From contig NZ_JBCNLB010000009.1 in NCBI RefSeq assembly GCF_039595735.1, positions 73,562-137,561 on the forward strand: a stretch of DNA of 64,000 nucleotides. The letters run 5' to 3'. Below are positions 39,971 through 53,158 of the stretch, one piece after another. The notes beneath the pieces were generated by a model. The model was not told the origin of the DNA and did no database searches. It saw only the letters and a program-made list of their open reading frames with translations. This DNA is from Duganella sp. GTDB taxonomy: Bacteria > Pseudomonadota > Gammaproteobacteria > Burkholderiales > Burkholderiaceae_D. Both the position numbers and the translations under genes were made by a program. Position 1 is the first letter of the stretch; every line of letters starts with the position of its first letter.

Positions 39971-41145
39971 TTTCGTCCTTCAATAACGCGCAGCACGGCG
40001 GCTGCGCTCTCCGCCGCGCTGTTGCGCAGCAGGCTGTGATGCATATCGGTGAAACGCTGCGTCAGCCGCAAGCGGTGCGGCGCGTCGCTCAGCTGCTTCC
40101 ACATGGCTTCCGCCAGCGCTTCCGGATTGGCCGCGTGCTGCAGCAGCTCCGGCACCAGGAATTCGCGCGCCAGGATGTTCGGCAGGCCGATCCACGGCTG
40201 GTAGCCGAAGTGGCGCAGAATTTGCCATTCCAGCTCCATCATCCTGTAGGCGATCACCATCGGCTTCTTGAACAGCGCCACTTCCAGCGACGCCGTGCCG
40301 GAAGCCACCAGCACCGCGTCGGCGGCCGCGATCGCGGTATGTGACTGGCCGTCCAGCAGCTGGATCCCGACGTCCTGCAGGCCGGCCTGCGCCACCAGTT
40401 GCAGGAAGTACTGCTTCTGGCGCTCGCCGGCCATCGGCGCGACGAAGCGCAGCGTGCGGTCGCGCGCCTTCAGCAGTTTGGCCGCCTGCATGAAGGCCAC
40501 CGTGTTGTACTTGATCTCCGACATGCGGCTGCCCGGCATGATGGTGACCACGTTGGCATCTTCCGGCATGCCCAGCGCGCGCCTGGCGGCGTTTTCATCC
40601 GGCTTCAGGGGAATCAGCTCGGCCAGCGGATGGCCGACATAGCTGACCGGCACGCCGGCCTGCTGGTAAATCGCTTCCTCGAACGGAAACACCACCAGCA
40701 TGTGCGACACCGCCTTGATGATTTTCTTGATGCGGCCACCGCGCCAGGCCCAGATCTGCGGGCCGATGTAGTGCACGGTCGGGATGCCGGCCGCTTTCAG
40801 CTCCATCTCCAGGCCCAGGTTAAAGCCCGGGTAGTCGGCGCCGATGAAGGCGGCCGGACGTTCGGCCAGCAGGCGGTCGCGCAATGCCGTCTGGATGCCT
40901 TTCAGTTCGCGATAGCGCATCAGCACCGGCACCAGGCCGCGCACGGTCAGCTGGTCCATAGGCCAGTGCGACTCAAAGCCCTGCTCCATCATCGCCGGAC
41001 CGCCGATGCCATGGAAGTAAGCATCCGGCAGATGCGGACGCAGGCCGGAAAGCAAACGAGCCGCCAGCATGTCGCCGGACGGCTCGCCTGCCACGAGGGC
41101 GATGGCGGGGACGCGCCCCGCCTGCGTTTTATCGGACGATGCCAC
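39967..41145 (-). CDS. lpxB: Lipid A disaccharide synthase
   Basis: AGEPSGD, DYPGFN, VGHPL, PGSR and SGTASLE; GTG start assumed. Confidence 0.97.
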   Translation of the reverse strand: MASSDKTQAGRVPAIALVAGEPSGDMLAARLLSGLRPHLPDAYFHGIGGPAMMEQGFESHWPMDQLTVRGLVPVLMRYRELKGIQTALRDRLLAERPAAFIGADYPGFNLGLEMELKAAGIPTVHYIGPQIWAWRGGRIKKIIKAVSHMLVVFPFEEAIYQQAGVPVSYVGHPLAELIPLKPDENAARRALGMPEDANVVTIMPGSRMSEIKYNTVAFMQAAKLLKARDRTLRFVAPMAGERQKQYFLQLVAQAGLQDVGIQLLDGQSHTAIAAADAVLVASGTASLEVALFKKPMVIAYRMMELEWQILRHFGYQPWIGLPNILAREFLVPELLQHAANPEALAEAMWKQLSDAPHRLRLTQRFTDMHHSLLRNSAAESAAAVLRVIEGRK

Positions 41146-41920
41146 GGGTCGCGGTATCGAGGAACTCGCGCATGGCACGCATGTGCAGCGCCACGTCGGC
41201 CGGCACCGCCGCCTCTTCAGCGATCAGCGCCGCCTTGGCTTCTTCCAGCGTGAGGCCGGAGCGGTAGATGATCTTGTAGGCGGCGCGGATGCCGTTGATC
41301 TGCTCGCGCGTGAAGCCGCGGCGTTTCAGGCCTTCGATGTTGACGCCGTGCGCCGCTGCCGGATTCCCGTTCAGCAGCACGAACGGCGGCACGTCCTGGG
41401 TCAGCGAGGTGCTCATGCCGACAAACGCGTGCGCGCCGATCTTGCAGAACTGGTGCACATTGGCGAAGCCGCTCATGATGACCCAGTCGCCGATCTCCAC
41501 GTGGCCGGCGATCTGCGCGTTATTCGAGAAGATGGTGTTGCTGCCGACCTGGCAGTCATGCGCCAGGTGGACATAGGCCGAAATCCAGTTGTCGTTGCCA
41601 AGCGAAGTGACGCCCTTGTCCTGCACCGTGCCGGTGTTGAAGGTGCAGAACTCGCGGATGGTATTGCGGTCGCCAATGGTCAGACGGGTCGGTTCGCCCT
41701 TCCACTTCTTGTCCTGCGGCGCGGCGCCGATCGACGAGAACTGGAAGAACTTGTTGTCGCTGCCAATGGTGGTATGGCCTTCGATCACCACGTGCGGCCC
41801 CACCACCGTGCCGGAGCCGATGGTGACGTCCGGGCCGATGACCGAGTACGGGCCGATCTCGACGCTCTCGTGCAGCTCGGCCTTGCTGTCAACGATGGCG
41901 GTGGCGTGAATTTTCGCCAT
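41129..41920 (-). CDS. lpxA: UDP-GlcNAc O-acyltransferase
   Basis: Hexapeptide repeats, PQDKKW, IREFCT and HLAHDC. Confidence 0.98.
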   Translation of the reverse strand: MAKIHATAIVDSKAELHESVEIGPYSVIGPDVTIGSGTVVGPHVVIEGHTTIGSDNKFFQFSSIGAAPQDKKWKGEPTRLTIGDRNTIREFCTFNTGTVQDKGVTSLGNDNWISAYVHLAHDCQVGSNTIFSNNAQIAGHVEIGDWVIMSGFANVHQFCKIGAHAFVGMSTSLTQDVPPFVLLNGNPAAAHGVNIEGLKRRGFTREQINGIRAAYKIIYRSGLTLEEAKAALIAEEAAVPADVALHMRAMREFLDTATRGIVR

Positions 41921-41922
41921 GA

Positions 41923-42411
41923 TTATTGGCCTGCAGGCTGCGAAGCGTCAGCGGCGCTGCGGATGGTGCACATCAGTTCCGCTTCCACGGCCACCTGGCC
42001 GTCGACCGAACCGACCGCCTTGTACTTCCAGATGCCACGCGCATTGCGCAGGATCTCGACTTCCATTTTCAGCTGGTCGCCAGGACCGACCGGACGCTTG
42101 AAGCGCGCCGCGTCGATGCCGACGAAGTACACCACCGAATTTTCGTCCGGCTTCAGGTTCATGGTCTTGAACGACAGCAGGGCCGCGGTCTGCGCCATCG
42201 CCTCGATCATCAGCACGCCCGGCATCACTGGCTTGTGCGGGAAGTGGCCGTTGAAGAATTCTTCGTTCACGGTCACGTTCTTGATGGCGGTGATGGTCTT
42301 GCCCTCTTCGTACGAGATCACGCGGTCCACCAGCAGCAGCGGGTAGCGGTGCGGCAGGTAGGATTTGATCTCGCAGATATCCATGGTTTTGGAAGTTTCG
42401 GTAGTGGTCAT
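41923..42411 (-). CDS. fabZ: 3-hydroxyacyl-ACP dehydratase
   Basis: [12 protein letters not shown] and [22 protein letters not shown]. Confidence 0.99.
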   Translation of the reverse strand: MTTTETSKTMDICEIKSYLPHRYPLLLVDRVISYEEGKTITAIKNVTVNEEFFNGHFPHKPVMPGVLMIEAMAQTAALLSFKTMNLKPDENSVVYFVGIDAARFKRPVGPGDQLKMEVEILRNARGIWKYKAVGSVDGQVAVEAELMCTIRSAADASQPAGQ

Positions 42412-43463
42412 GATTCGTCTTCTTCTGATTTCGTCTTAATGATTTTTTCAAGCGCGCGGATTTTATCGCGCATGGCCGACAGGTTGCGCACAATGACCGC
42501 CGATTTTTCCCAATCGGCGTTCTTGGCCAGCGGGTAGAAGCCGGTGTACTGGCCCGGCTCCAGGATCGAGCGCGATACCATGCTGCCCGAACCCACATGC
42601 ACCTTGTCGACGATGGTCAGGTGGCCCAGCACCATGGCCGCGCCGCCAAAGGTGCAATACTTGCCGATCCTGGCGCTGCCGGCCACGCCGACGCAGCCGG
42701 CCATCGCCGTGTGCGCGCCGATGTGGCAGTTATGGCCGATCTGGATCTGGTTATCCAGCTTCACGCCGTCTTCAATAATCGTATCGGCCAAGGCGCCGCG
42801 GTCGATGGTGGTGTTGGCGCCGATATCGACGTCATCGCCGATCATCACGCGGCCGGTCTGCGGGATCTTGATGTAGACGCCGCCCTCGTTGGCAAAGCCA
42901 AAGCCGTCGGTGCCGATCACAGCGCCGGAGTGGATGATGCCGCGCCTGCCGATCTGGCAGTACGCGTGGAAGGTCACGTTGGCGAACAGTTTGGTTTCCG
43001 CACCGATCACCGCCTCGCGGCCGATGAAGCAGCCGGCGCCAATCACCGCGCCTTCTTCGATCACGGCGCCATCCTCGATCACCACGCGCGCACCGATGTG
43101 GGCCGAGGGCGCGATTTGCGCGCTCTCCGCCACCACCGCGCTGGCATGCACCCCGGCCGCCGGCACGATGGCCGTCAGCGATGCGAAATACTGCGCCGCG
43201 CGGGCGAAGTACACGTAGGGATTCGGAACGACGATGCGCGCGCCGCTGTAACCGGCCGCGATGAATGCGTCATCGGCGGCCGACACAATCAGTGCCGCCG
43301 CCTTGCTCTGCAGCGCCTGTGCGCGCAGCTTGCTATTGCTGAGAAAGCTGATGTGCGAAACGCCGGCATCAGCCAGGGGCGCGATCCCGCTCACTTCCAG
43401 GTTCGCGTCGCCCACCAGCTGTCCGCCCAAGCGTTCGACCAATGCTCCTAGTCGAGTGCCCAT
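42408..43463 (-). CDS. lpxD: UDP-3-O-acyl-glucosamine N-acyltransferase
   Basis: Hexapeptide repeats, DGFGF, TTIDRG and [11 protein letters not shown]. Confidence 0.98.
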   Translation of the reverse strand: MGTRLGALVERLGGQLVGDANLEVSGIAPLADAGVSHISFLSNSKLRAQALQSKAAALIVSAADDAFIAAGYSGARIVVPNPYVYFARAAQYFASLTAIVPAAGVHASAVVAESAQIAPSAHIGARVVIEDGAVIEEGAVIGAGCFIGREAVIGAETKLFANVTFHAYCQIGRRGIIHSGAVIGTDGFGFANEGGVYIKIPQTGRVMIGDDVDIGANTTIDRGALADTIIEDGVKLDNQIQIGHNCHIGAHTAMAGCVGVAGSARIGKYCTFGGAAMVLGHLTIVDKVHVGSGSMVSRSILEPGQYTGFYPLAKNADWEKSAVIVRNLSAMRDKIRALEKIIKTKSEEDES

Positions 43464-43483
43464 CGGGTGATCCAATCTTGTCT

Positions 43484-44002
43484 TTATTTGTCTTTATCCA
43501 GGGCCGCCAGCACCTTGTCGGTGATGTCGATGCGGTTGCTGGCCCAGACCGCGTCCTGCAGCACGATGTCAAAGCCTTCCACGCTGGCCAGCTGCTTGAT
43601 GATCTTGGTGGCTTTTTCCGAAATCGCCTGGCGCTCCTCATTGGTGCGCTGGCTGACGTCTTCGCGGAACTCGCGCTGGCGGCGCTGGTATTCCTTGTCC
43701 AGCTCAAACACGTCGCGCTGGCGCTTGATGCGGTCGGCCTCGCTCAGGGTCGGCGCATCCTTCTCCAGTTTTTCCGAAGCGGCCTTGAGGCGGCCGGCCA
43801 TGTCATTCATGGCTTTCTCGCGCGACTTGAATTCTTCCTTGAGCTTTTCTTCCGCCAGCTTGGCCAGCTTGGATTCGTTATAGATGCGCTCAGGGCTGAT
43901 CCACGCGATGCGCGAAGCCGAGGTCTGAGCCTGCACCGGCGCCAATGCACACCAGCCCAATGCAAGCACGGCGAGATATTTGGTCATGGATGCAGTCTTC
44001 AA
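43484..44002 (-). CDS. skp: Skp/OmpH periplasmic chaperone
   Basis: Signal peptide, coiled coil and DITDKVL; lies between bamA and lpxD. Confidence 0.92.
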   Translation of the reverse strand: MKTASMTKYLAVLALGWCALAPVQAQTSASRIAWISPERIYNESKLAKLAEEKLKEEFKSREKAMNDMAGRLKAASEKLEKDAPTLSEADRIKRQRDVFELDKEYQRRQREFREDVSQRTNEERQAISEKATKIIKQLASVEGFDIVLQDAVWASNRIDITDKVLAALDKDK

Positions 44003-44039
44003 CTTATTTCTCCGAGGTAAAAATTAATGCCAAAAATCA

Positions 44040-46376
44040 TCAGAAGCCGCTACCCATCTGGAACTGGAAGCGTTCCAGACGGTCGCCGGTCTTGGCGTTC
44101 AGTGGCTTAGCATAACTCAGTTTCAGCGGACCCACCGGGGAAATCCAGCTGATCCCCAGGCCGGTCGAATAGCGCAGTTGGGACAGGCGCATCTTCTCGC
44201 CTTCCTGGTACACCTGGCCGCCGTCGAGGAAGCCGAACCAGCGCAGGCTGCGGTCCTGGCCCGAACCCGGGAACGGCAGCTGCAGCTCGGCATTGCCGAT
44301 CAGGCGCGAAGCGCCGCCCAGGGCGTCGCCATAGGTGTAGTCGACCGCGCCCAGCGAGGAGCTGTAGTAGCCGCGCACCGAACCGATGCCGCCGCCATAG
44401 AAGTTCTTGAACACCGGATAGCTGCTGTTGCCCAGGCCGCGACCGTAGTCGATCTCGCCCTTGAGCGCCAGCGTGACCTTCTGGTACAGCGGCTTGTACC
44501 ACTGGTGCTCGTACACCGCACGGTAGTATTTCTGCTTGCCGACCACGTCGATTTCCAGATTGGCGCGCTGGTAGCGGCCCACGGTCGGCGTCAGCGCCGA
44601 GTCGCGGCTGTCGCGCGCCCACGCGGCCGTCAGCGGCACGGCATTGGTCGACGCGGTGCCGACGCCGGTGGTGGTGCCGTTGATGCTGTTCACGTATTCC
44701 TGGAAGCGGATCGGCGAGGTGGCGTCGGTGGTGATCTGCGAGCGTTCCAGGCCGATGCCGAAGAACACGGTGTCCACTTCCGAGAACGGCACGCCGTAGC
44801 TGATGCGGCCGCCATGCTGCTTGATGGTGTAGTAACCGATGTTGACCGCCGGCGGTTTGGTGGTGCGCAGATACAGCTCGTAGCCGCGCGACACGCCGTC
44901 GTCGGTGTAATAAGGGTCGGTCTGCGAGAACGAAATCGTGCGGCTGTACTTGGAGGTGTTCAGCTCCAGGCCCACGGTGGTGCCGGAACCGGCAAAGTTA
45001 GCCTGCTGCACCGCCGCCTGGAACGAGAACTTCTCCGACTGCGAGAAGGCGCCGCCGATCTGGAAGTTGCCGGTCGGTTTCTCGGTCACGGTCAGGTTGA
45101 CGTCCACCTGGTCGGACGTGCCCTGCGCTTCCGGCGTGTCGATGGTCACGTCCTTGAAGTAGCCCAGACGGTCGACGCGGTCGCGCGACAGCTTGATCTT
45201 GTTGGCGTCGTACCAGCTCGATTCGAACTGGCGGAATTCGCGGCGGATCACCTCATCGCGGGTGGTGGTGTTGCCGGCGATGTTCATGTGGCGCACGTAG
45301 GCGCGCTTGCCCGGATCGATGAAGAAGGTGAACGACACTTCGCGCTTGTCGCGGTCGATGTCCGGGTTGGCGTTGACGTTGGCGAAGGCATAGCCGAACG
45401 TGCCCAGGCGGTCCGAAATCAGCTTGTTGGTGGCGGTCAGCAGCTCGCCCGAGTACACCTGGCCTTTGCGCAGCAGCACCAGCGAGCGCAGTTCTTCCTC
45501 GCGGCCGAAGGTCTCGCCCTCGAACTTGATGTCCTTGACGTTGTACTTCTCACCCTCGGTGATGTTGATGGTGATGTAGATGTCCTTCTTGTCCGGCGTG
45601 ATCGACACCTGGGTCGACTCGATGTTCATCTCGATGTAGCCGCGGTTCAGGTAGAAGGACTTGAGCGACTCGATATCGCCGGTCAGCTTGGTCTTGGAAT
45701 ACTGGTTGGCCTTGGTGTACCAGCTGAACCAGCCGCCGGTGTTGAGCGCCAGCTGGTCTTTCAGCTCCTTGTCGCTGAACACCTTGTTGCCGACAATGTT
45801 GATTTCCTTGATCTTGGCGATCTCGCCCTCGTCCACCGCAAAGGTGATGGTCACGCGGTTACGCTCGATCGGGGTGACGGTGGTGACCACCTTCACGCCA
45901 TACAGGCCGCGCGACAGGTACTGGCGCTTCAGTTCCTGCTCGGCGCGGTCGACCGAAGCCTTGTCGAAAATCTTGGTCTCGCCCACGCCGATGTCTTTCA
46001 GCGCCTTGACCAGCGTATCTTTTTCAAATTCCTTGGTGCCGGTGAAATCCACCTTGGCGATGGCCGGGCGTTCCTCGACCAGCACCACCAGCACCTGGCC
46101 ATCCTTTTCCAGCTTCACATCCTTGAAGAAGCCGGTGGCATACAGGGCCTTGATGGCGGTCACGGATTTGTCGTCGTTGAAGGTTTCGCCAACGCGCACC
46201 GGCAGATAGCTGAAGACCGTACCGGCTTCCGTACGCTGGATCCCTTCGACGCGGATATCTTTGATGACGAATGGATCGATCGCCATGGCGCTGCCGCTGC
46301 ACAGTGCCAGGACAGCGGCGCCGATCAGGCTACGGCGCAAGGAAGTTGAAGTAATACGGTCAGAATATAATTTCAT
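44040..46376 (-). CDS. bamA: Outer membrane protein assembly factor
   Basis: POTRA repeats (DIRVEGIQRTE), VRGY loop, SPVGPL and terminal QFQMGSGF. Confidence 0.99.
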   Translation of the reverse strand: MKLYSDRITSTSLRRSLIGAAVLALCSGSAMAIDPFVIKDIRVEGIQRTEAGTVFSYLPVRVGETFNDDKSVTAIKALYATGFFKDVKLEKDGQVLVVLVEERPAIAKVDFTGTKEFEKDTLVKALKDIGVGETKIFDKASVDRAEQELKRQYLSRGLYGVKVVTTVTPIERNRVTITFAVDEGEIAKIKEINIVGNKVFSDKELKDQLALNTGGWFSWYTKANQYSKTKLTGDIESLKSFYLNRGYIEMNIESTQVSITPDKKDIYITINITEGEKYNVKDIKFEGETFGREEELRSLVLLRKGQVYSGELLTATNKLISDRLGTFGYAFANVNANPDIDRDKREVSFTFFIDPGKRAYVRHMNIAGNTTTRDEVIRREFRQFESSWYDANKIKLSRDRVDRLGYFKDVTIDTPEAQGTSDQVDVNLTVTEKPTGNFQIGGAFSQSEKFSFQAAVQQANFAGSGTTVGLELNTSKYSRTISFSQTDPYYTDDGVSRGYELYLRTTKPPAVNIGYYTIKQHGGRISYGVPFSEVDTVFFGIGLERSQITTDATSPIRFQEYVNSINGTTTGVGTASTNAVPLTAAWARDSRDSALTPTVGRYQRANLEIDVVGKQKYYRAVYEHQWYKPLYQKVTLALKGEIDYGRGLGNSSYPVFKNFYGGGIGSVRGYYSSSLGAVDYTYGDALGGASRLIGNAELQLPFPGSGQDRSLRWFGFLDGGQVYQEGEKMRLSQLRYSTGLGISWISPVGPLKLSYAKPLNAKTGDRLERFQFQMGSGF

Positions 46377-46406
46377 CGGGTTCAATGGCTAAATCAACGG
46401 GAACTA

Positions 46407-47762
46407 CTACAACAACCGGGCGACGTCATTAAACACCGCCAGCAGCATCAGGGTCAGCAACAACCCCATGCCCAGGCGCTGCGCAATTTCGCCTACGCGC
46501 TCCGGCACAGAACGCCCAGTTAAAACTTCCAGCGAATAATACAGCAAATGCCCCCCGTCTAGAACGGGAATCGGCAGCAAATTCATAACACCCAGACTAA
46601 TGCTGATGAAGGCGATAAAGCTCAAATAGCTCGCCGCGCCCATCCTGGCGGTCTGGCCGGCATAATCGGCAATCGTGATCGGGCCGGTGACGTTCTTGAG
46701 CGAAGCCTCGCCGGTGATCATCTTGCCGATCATCTTCAGCGTCATCGTACAAGTTTCCCAGACCTTGGCGACCGCCTTGCCGACGGCCGCAAACGGGGAT
46801 GATGGCACGCTGATCATATCCGGCTGCAGCGCGACGTAAGCGCCGATCTTACCGACTGTTACAGTTCCTTTGCCGCTTTTTGCCTGCTCGGCCTGCGGCA
46901 CCATGCTGATGATGAGCGGCTGGCTGGCGCGCTCCAGCTGCACCTGCACGGTTTTGCCGGCGGCGCCGCGGATGATCTCGATGAAGGCGATGCCGTCCGC
47001 CACCGCCACCCCGTCGACCGAGGTCAGCAAGTCGCCCGGCTGCAAGCCGGCGCGTTCGGCCGGGCTGCCCGGCATCACCTGCTGCACCACCGGCGCCGGG
47101 CGCGCCACGCCCACGCCCAGCTGGCCGGGCACGTCGCCTTCCAGGTCCAGGCCGGCCAGCGCCGCGGCCGGCACGGTGGCGGCCACGCGGCCCTGCCCTG
47201 CGCGCTCCACGGCCAGCCGCAGATCATGCTTGTCGATGGCGGCCTGGATCAGCTGCCAGCGCAGTTCCGACCAGACCTGCACCGGTTGTTCATTGATGGC
47301 GGTGATGACGTCGCCGGTCTGCAGGCCGGCCTGGGCAGCCTTGCCGCCGGCGATCACGCTGATCTTGCTGCTGGGTTCTTCAATGCCGTGCATGTACAGG
47401 CCGGCAAACAGCACGATGGCGATCAGGAAGTTGGCCAGCGGGCCGGCCGCCACGATGGCGATGCGCTTCCACACGTTCTGGCGCGTGAACTCGCGTTTCA
47501 GGTCGGCTTCCGGCAGGCCGGCCAGTTCGCCCTCGCGCGCATCCAGCATCTTGACGTAGCCGCCCAGCGGCAGCGCCGAGATGGCCCATTCGGTCTGGTC
47601 CGGGCCGAAACGGCGCGACCACACCACCTTGCCCATGCCGACCGAAAAGCGCAGCACTTTCACGCCGCACCAGCGCGCCACCAGATAGTGGCCCAGTTCG
47701 TGGAACACGATCAGCGAGCCGAGGCAGACGATGAACGCCAGCACGGTTTGCAGGAAGTTCAT
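46407..47762 (-). CDS. rseP: RIP metalloprotease RseP
   Basis: [13 protein letters not shown], two PDZ domains and [11 protein letters not shown]. Confidence 0.98.
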   Translation of the reverse strand: MNFLQTVLAFIVCLGSLIVFHELGHYLVARWCGVKVLRFSVGMGKVVWSRRFGPDQTEWAISALPLGGYVKMLDAREGELAGLPEADLKREFTRQNVWKRIAIVAAGPLANFLIAIVLFAGLYMHGIEEPSSKISVIAGGKAAQAGLQTGDVITAINEQPVQVWSELRWQLIQAAIDKHDLRLAVERAGQGRVAATVPAAALAGLDLEGDVPGQLGVGVARPAPVVQQVMPGSPAERAGLQPGDLLTSVDGVAVADGIAFIEIIRGAAGKTVQVQLERASQPLIISMVPQAEQAKSGKGTVTVGKIGAYVALQPDMISVPSSPFAAVGKAVAKVWETCTMTLKMIGKMITGEASLKNVTGPITIADYAGQTARMGAASYLSFIAFISISLGVMNLLPIPVLDGGHLLYYSLEVLTGRSVPERVGEIAQRLGMGLLLTLMLLAVFNDVARLL

Positions 47763-48952
47763 TTTGCCAGTCCGGCGATCATGGTTTCAGCAGCGGCGCG
47801 GGCGGCGGCGTCCTGCGCCATCACCGCTTCGATGCTGTGGGCGGCGCCGTGCGGCAGCTGGTCGACCACCTGAGCGATCACGCGGTCGATCTGGCGGAAG
47901 CCGATCTTCAGGTCGAGGAAGGCTTGCACCGCCACTTCGTTGGCCGCGTTCAGCAGGGCCGGCGCGGTGCCGCCGGCGCGCAGCGCGTCAAAGGCCAGCG
48001 CCAGGCACGGGAAGCGCTTGAAGTCCGGCCGTTCGAATTGCAGGGTGGCGATCTGGGTCAGGTCCAGCTGCGCCACGCCGGAGGCGATGCGCTCCGGGTA
48101 GGCCAGTGCGTGGGCGATCGGGGTGCGCATGTCCGGGTTGCCCAGCTGCGCCAGCACCGAGCCGTCGACGTAGGACACCATGGAGTGGATCACCGACTGC
48201 GGGTGGATCACCACCTCGATCTGGTCAGCCGGCGCGCCGAACAGCCAGTGCGCCTCGATCACTTCCAGGCCCTTGTTCATCATGGTGGCCGAATCGACCG
48301 AAATCTTGCGGCCCATCGACCAGTTGGGATGCTTGCAGGCCTGCTCCGGCGTCACCGCGTCCAGCGTGGCGACGTCGCGCGTCAGGAACGGACCGCCGGA
48401 TGCGGTCAGCAGGATCTTGGCCACGCCGGCGGCGCCGTCGCGCACCGCCGGCATCTTGCCGCCGAACTGCGGCATGGACTGGAAGATGGCGTTGTGTTCG
48501 CTGTCGATCGGCAGCAGCACGGCGCCCGATTCATGCACCGCGTCCATGAACAGCTGGCCGGACATGACCAGCGCTTCCTTGTTGGCCAGCAGGACTTTCT
48601 TGCCGGCGCGGGCGGCGGCCAGGGTCGGCGCCAGGCCGGCCGCGCCCACGATGGCGGCCATCACGCTGTCGACTTCCGGCGCGCTGGCGATGCTGCACAG
48701 GGCTTGCTCGCCCCACTCCACCTCGGTCTTGACGCCGGCCGCGCGCAACAGCGCGGCCAGGCGGTCGGCGGCGGCGGCGCTGCCGACCACCGCGCGCGCC
48801 GGGCGGAACTGCACGCACTGCGCGGCCAGCTCATCGACGCGGCTGTGCGCCGACAGGGCGTAGACGGTGTAGCGCCCGGGATGGCGCGCCACCACGTCCA
48901 GCGTGGATACGCCGATCGAACCGGTGGCGCCTAAAACGGTAATACCTTGCAT
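47759..48952 (-). CDS. dxr: 1-deoxy-D-xylulose 5-phosphate reductoisomerase
   Basis: [22 protein letters not shown] and [20 protein letters not shown]. Confidence 0.99.
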   Translation of the reverse strand: MQGITVLGATGSIGVSTLDVVARHPGRYTVYALSAHSRVDELAAQCVQFRPARAVVGSAAAADRLAALLRAAGVKTEVEWGEQALCSIASAPEVDSVMAAIVGAAGLAPTLAAARAGKKVLLANKEALVMSGQLFMDAVHESGAVLLPIDSEHNAIFQSMPQFGGKMPAVRDGAAGVAKILLTASGGPFLTRDVATLDAVTPEQACKHPNWSMGRKISVDSATMMNKGLEVIEAHWLFGAPADQIEVVIHPQSVIHSMVSYVDGSVLAQLGNPDMRTPIAHALAYPERIASGVAQLDLTQIATLQFERPDFKRFPCLALAFDALRAGGTAPALLNAANEVAVQAFLDLKIGFRQIDRVIAQVVDQLPHGAAHSIEAVMAQDAAARAAAETMIAGLAK

Positions 48953-48962
48953 GATGAGTCTT

Positions 48963-49801
48963 TCAGATCCAGGACGTGACCAGCGCGGCCATCGGCAGCA
49001 CCGGGATCAGCGCGTCCACGCGGTCCAGCACGCCGCCGTGGCCAGGCAGCAGGTTGCTGCTGTCCTTCATGCCGGCGCGGCGCTTGAGCGCGGATTCAAA
49101 CAGGTCGCCGATGACGGAGAACATCACGATCACCAGCAGGATCAGCAGCGTCAGGCCCCAGCCGAAGCGGGCTTGCAGCTTGTAGGCGAAGGTGTCTTGC
49201 AGCCATGGCGCGGCGCCGTCGGCCAGCAGCACCGAGATGGCGGCAATCACCAGCACGGCCATCGCGCCGCCGATCGCGCCTTCCCACGACTTGCCGGGCG
49301 AGATGGTCGGCGCCAGCTTGCGCTTGCCGAAGGCCTTGCCGGAGAAGTAAGCGCCGATGTCGGCAATCCACACCAGCGCCATCACCGACAGCAGGTACAG
49401 CGGCGAATGCAGGTACAGGCCGACAATGGCAAAGAAGGCCGCGAACACGGCAAAGGTGAAGGTAATCGCCAGCGACCAGTTGGCCGCGCCGGCCATCTGC
49501 GGCAAGCCCAGTCCCAGGGTCGGCGCGTAACGGATGATCCACAGCAGCGCGGCCACGCCGTACAGCGCGTTGACCGAACCCGGCTTGGCGCTGTACATCA
49601 GCGCGACAAACAGCGCGCCGCCGACAAAGCCGGCCACGCGCGCCTTGCTTTCGCTCAGGCCGAACAGGCGGGCGCCCTCCCACACGGCGGCGCCGACAAA
49701 CAGCGTCACCACCAGGGCAAACGCGGGGAAATAGTTGAAGAACAGGACCGGCAGCAGCACCGCCAGCAAGACCACAGCGGTAATAATCCTCGTTTTCAGC
49801 A

Positions 49802-49802
<1 letters not shown>
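48963..49802 (-). CDS. cdsA: Phosphatidate cytidylyltransferase
   Basis: [19 protein letters not shown] and [18 protein letters not shown]. Confidence 0.98.
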
Positions 49803-50554
<752 letters not shown>

Positions 50555-50621
50555 GAAAACGTTGGTGCCAAAGTATAAAGTATTGCAGGTGTGAGGCAAA
50601 AAGACAAGATTACCGCAAAAG

Positions 50622-50701
50622 CGTCATTCCCGCGAAAGCGGGAATCCATAGGCCGCGTGCCTGGACACTCAGCATGGATTCCCGCCTGCGCGGGAATGAC
50701 G
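50622..50701. repeat. Paired ATTCCC-N8-GGGAAT (dRS3/REP-like) element
   Basis: CGTCATTCCCGCGAAAGCGGGAATCCA ... TGGATTCCCGCCTGCGCGGGAATGACG in inverted orientation between frr and uppS. Confidence 0.9.
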
Positions 50702-50714
50702 TAGCTACTCCGAC

Positions 50715-51275
50715 TTAAACGGTCAGAACTTCTTTTTCTTTCTCTGCCAGCATCTTGTCGATGTCGGCGATCGCCTTGTCGGTCAGCTTCTGGATGTCGT
50801 CGGTGCCGCGGCGCTCGTCGTCTTCCGAGATGGCTTTGTCCTTGACCAGCTTTTTCAGGCCTTCGTTGGCATCGCGGCGGATGTTGCGCACCGCCACCTT
50901 GGCATCTTCGCCTTCGCTCTTGACCAGCTTGACCATTTCCTTGCGGCGCTCTTCGGTCAGCGGCGGGGTCGGCACGCGGATCATGTCGCCCTGCGACGAC
51001 GGGTTCAGGCCGAGGTCGGAATCGCGGATGGCTTTTTCGATGGCGGCCGCCATTTTCTTCTCGAACGGCTGCACGCCGATGGTGCGGGCATCGACCAGGG
51101 TCAGGTTGGCCACCTGGTTGATCGGGGTCGGATTACCGTAATAATCCACCATCACGCTATCAAGGATGCCGGCGTGGGCGCGGCCGGTGCGCACCTTGGC
51201 CAGGTCGCCACGCAGGGTTTCCAGCGATTTCACCATGCGCTCTTGCGCGCTCTTTTTAACGTCAGCTACGGACAT
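50715..51275 (-). CDS. frr: Ribosome recycling factor
   Basis: [15 protein letters not shown] and VRNIRRDAN. Confidence 0.99.
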   Translation of the reverse strand: MSVADVKKSAQERMVKSLETLRGDLAKVRTGRAHAGILDSVMVDYYGNPTPINQVANLTLVDARTIGVQPFEKKMAAAIEKAIRDSDLGLNPSSQGDMIRVPTPPLTEERRKEMVKLVKSEGEDAKVAVRNIRRDANEGLKKLVKDKAISEDDERRGTDDIQKLTDKAIADIDKMLAEKEKEVLTV

Positions 51276-51310
51276 TGCTGCTCTCCTGTTGTATCTAAAT
51301 AAAACGCGTA

Positions 51311-52027
51311 TTAAACGTGAACCAGTGTACCTTCATCCTCGCCCATGATGACGCGCATCAGCGCGCCCGGCTTGGTGATGGAGAACACCTTGATCGGCAA
51401 TTTCTGGTCGCGGCACAGCGCAAACGCGGTGGCGTCCATGACCTGCAAGTGCTTGGCGATGGCTTCATCGAAGCTGATCGAGCGGTACAGGGTGGCGTTC
51501 GGGTCTTTTTTCGGGTCGGCGGTGTACACGCCGTCTACCTTGGTGGCTTTCAGCACGATTTCCGCGCTCACTTCCGAACCGCGCAGCGAGGCGGCGGTGT
51601 CGGTGGTGAAGAACGGGTTGCCGGTGCCGGCCGCGAACACCACGACCTTGCCTTCTTCCAGGTACTGCAGCGCTTTCGGGCGCACATACGGCTCGACCAC
51701 CTGCTCGATGCCGATCGCCGACATCACCCGCGCGGTGATGCCGACATGGCGCATGGCGTCGGCCAGGGCCAGCGCGTTCATCACGGTGGCCAGCATGCCC
51801 ATGTAGTCGGCGGTGGCGCGGTCCATGCCCTGCGCACCGGGCGCCACGCCACGGAAGATATTGCCGCCGCCAATGACGATCGCCAGTTCCACGCCCAGTT
51901 TCGCGACCTCGGCCACATCGGCCACCGTCCGTTCGATCGTGGCGCGATTGATGCCGTAAGGATCATCGCCCATCAGGGCTTCGCCGGACAATTTGAGGAG
52001 GACGCGCTTATAGGCTGGTTTGGACAT
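51311..52027 (-). CDS. pyrH: UMP kinase
   Basis: [19 protein letters not shown] and NPFFTTD. Confidence 0.99.
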   Translation of the reverse strand: MSKPAYKRVLLKLSGEALMGDDPYGINRATIERTVADVAEVAKLGVELAIVIGGGNIFRGVAPGAQGMDRATADYMGMLATVMNALALADAMRHVGITARVMSAIGIEQVVEPYVRPKALQYLEEGKVVVFAAGTGNPFFTTDTAASLRGSEVSAEIVLKATKVDGVYTADPKKDPNATLYRSISFDEAIAKHLQVMDATAFALCRDQKLPIKVFSITKPGALMRVIMGEDEGTLVHV

Positions 52028-52116
52028 GAGACGGGGCTCCTAATAGTGGGTTGTTCGGGGGTTAACTCTGCGGCGCCTATGATACCCTGCCCGGCGCCGC
52101 GTACTGCTGCGGGCTT

Positions 52117-52143
52117 AAAAAAACGGGCCTCTCGGCCCGTTTT
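52117..52143 (-). terminator. tsf terminator
   Basis: AAAACGGGCC-N4-GGCCCGTTTT with a T run on the minus strand. Confidence 0.85.
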
Positions 52144-52148
52144 CTGTA

Positions 52149-53063
52149 TTACGCTCCTTTGGAAGCGGCCATCTGTGCGGCCACTTCAGCGGCGAAGTCG
52201 TCGACCTTCTTCTCGATACCTTCGCCCACCACATACATGGTGAAGGCTTTCACGGTGGTCGATTTCTCTTTCAGCATCTGCTCGATCGATTGCTTGTCGT
52301 TCTTCACGAAAGCCTGGTTCAGCAGCGATACTTCTTTCAGGTACTTCTGCACCGAGCCTTCCAGACGCTTGGCGACGATGTCGGCAGGCTGTACTGGCTT
52401 GCCAGCGGCCACAGCGGCAGCGGCATCTTCGTCGGCTTTCAGCTTGGCCACCGAACGCTCTTTTTCGATCAGTTCAGCTGGCACCTGTTCCGACGACAGC
52501 GCGACTGGCTTCATGGCGGCGATGTGCATTGCCACGTCCTTGCCCACTTGCTCGTCGGCGCCGTCGAACTCAACCATCACGCCGATACGGGTGCCGTGCA
52601 GGTACGACGCCAGCTTGGCGGTGGTTTCGAAACGCTGGAAGCGGCGGATCGACATGTTTTCGCCGATCTTGCCGATCAGGGCCGAACGCACTTCGTCCAG
52701 GGTTTTGCCGTCGGCAGCCGGCAGGGCCAGCAAGGCTGCCACGTCGGCTGGGTTCTTTTCCGCCACCAGGCGCGCGGCGGTGTTGGCCAGGGCCAGGAAG
52801 TCGTCGTTTTTGGCGACGAAGTCGGTTTCCGAGTTCACTTCCACCAGGGCGCCCACGCCGCCGGCGATGAAGGTCGCCACCACGCCTTCCGCGGTGATGC
52901 GGCTGGCTGCTTTGCCAGCTTTGCCGCCCAGCTTGACGCGCAGGATCTCTTCCGCACGACCCATGTCGCCTTCGGCTTCGGTCAGTGCTTTTTTGCATTC
53001 CATCATTGGCGCGTCGGTTTTCGCGCGCAGTTCGCCTACCATTGCTGCAGTAATCGCTGCCAT
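52149..53063 (-). CDS. tsf: Elongation factor Ts
   Basis: [21 protein letters not shown] and MHIAAMKP. Confidence 0.99.
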   Translation of the reverse strand: MAAITAAMVGELRAKTDAPMMECKKALTEAEGDMGRAEEILRVKLGGKAGKAASRITAEGVVATFIAGGVGALVEVNSETDFVAKNDDFLALANTAARLVAEKNPADVAALLALPAADGKTLDEVRSALIGKIGENMSIRRFQRFETTAKLASYLHGTRIGVMVEFDGADEQVGKDVAMHIAAMKPVALSSEQVPAELIEKERSVAKLKADEDAAAAVAAGKPVQPADIVAKRLEGSVQKYLKEVSLLNQAFVKNDKQSIEQMLKEKSTTVKAFTMYVVGEGIEKKVDDFAAEVAAQMAASKGA

Positions 53064-53102
53064 GTAATTCTCCTGTAATTCGGTATTCGGGGGTGGTTAG
53101 TT

Positions 53103-53137
53103 AAAAAAAAGGGGGAGCTGTTGGCCACCCCTTTTTT
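53103..53137 (-). terminator. Hairpin between rpsB and tsf
   Basis: AAAAAAGGGG...CCCCTTTTTT; the attenuating terminator typical of rpsB-tsf. Confidence 0.65.
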
Positions 53138-53158
53138 CGTACAGCCTGCCAGGAACGA

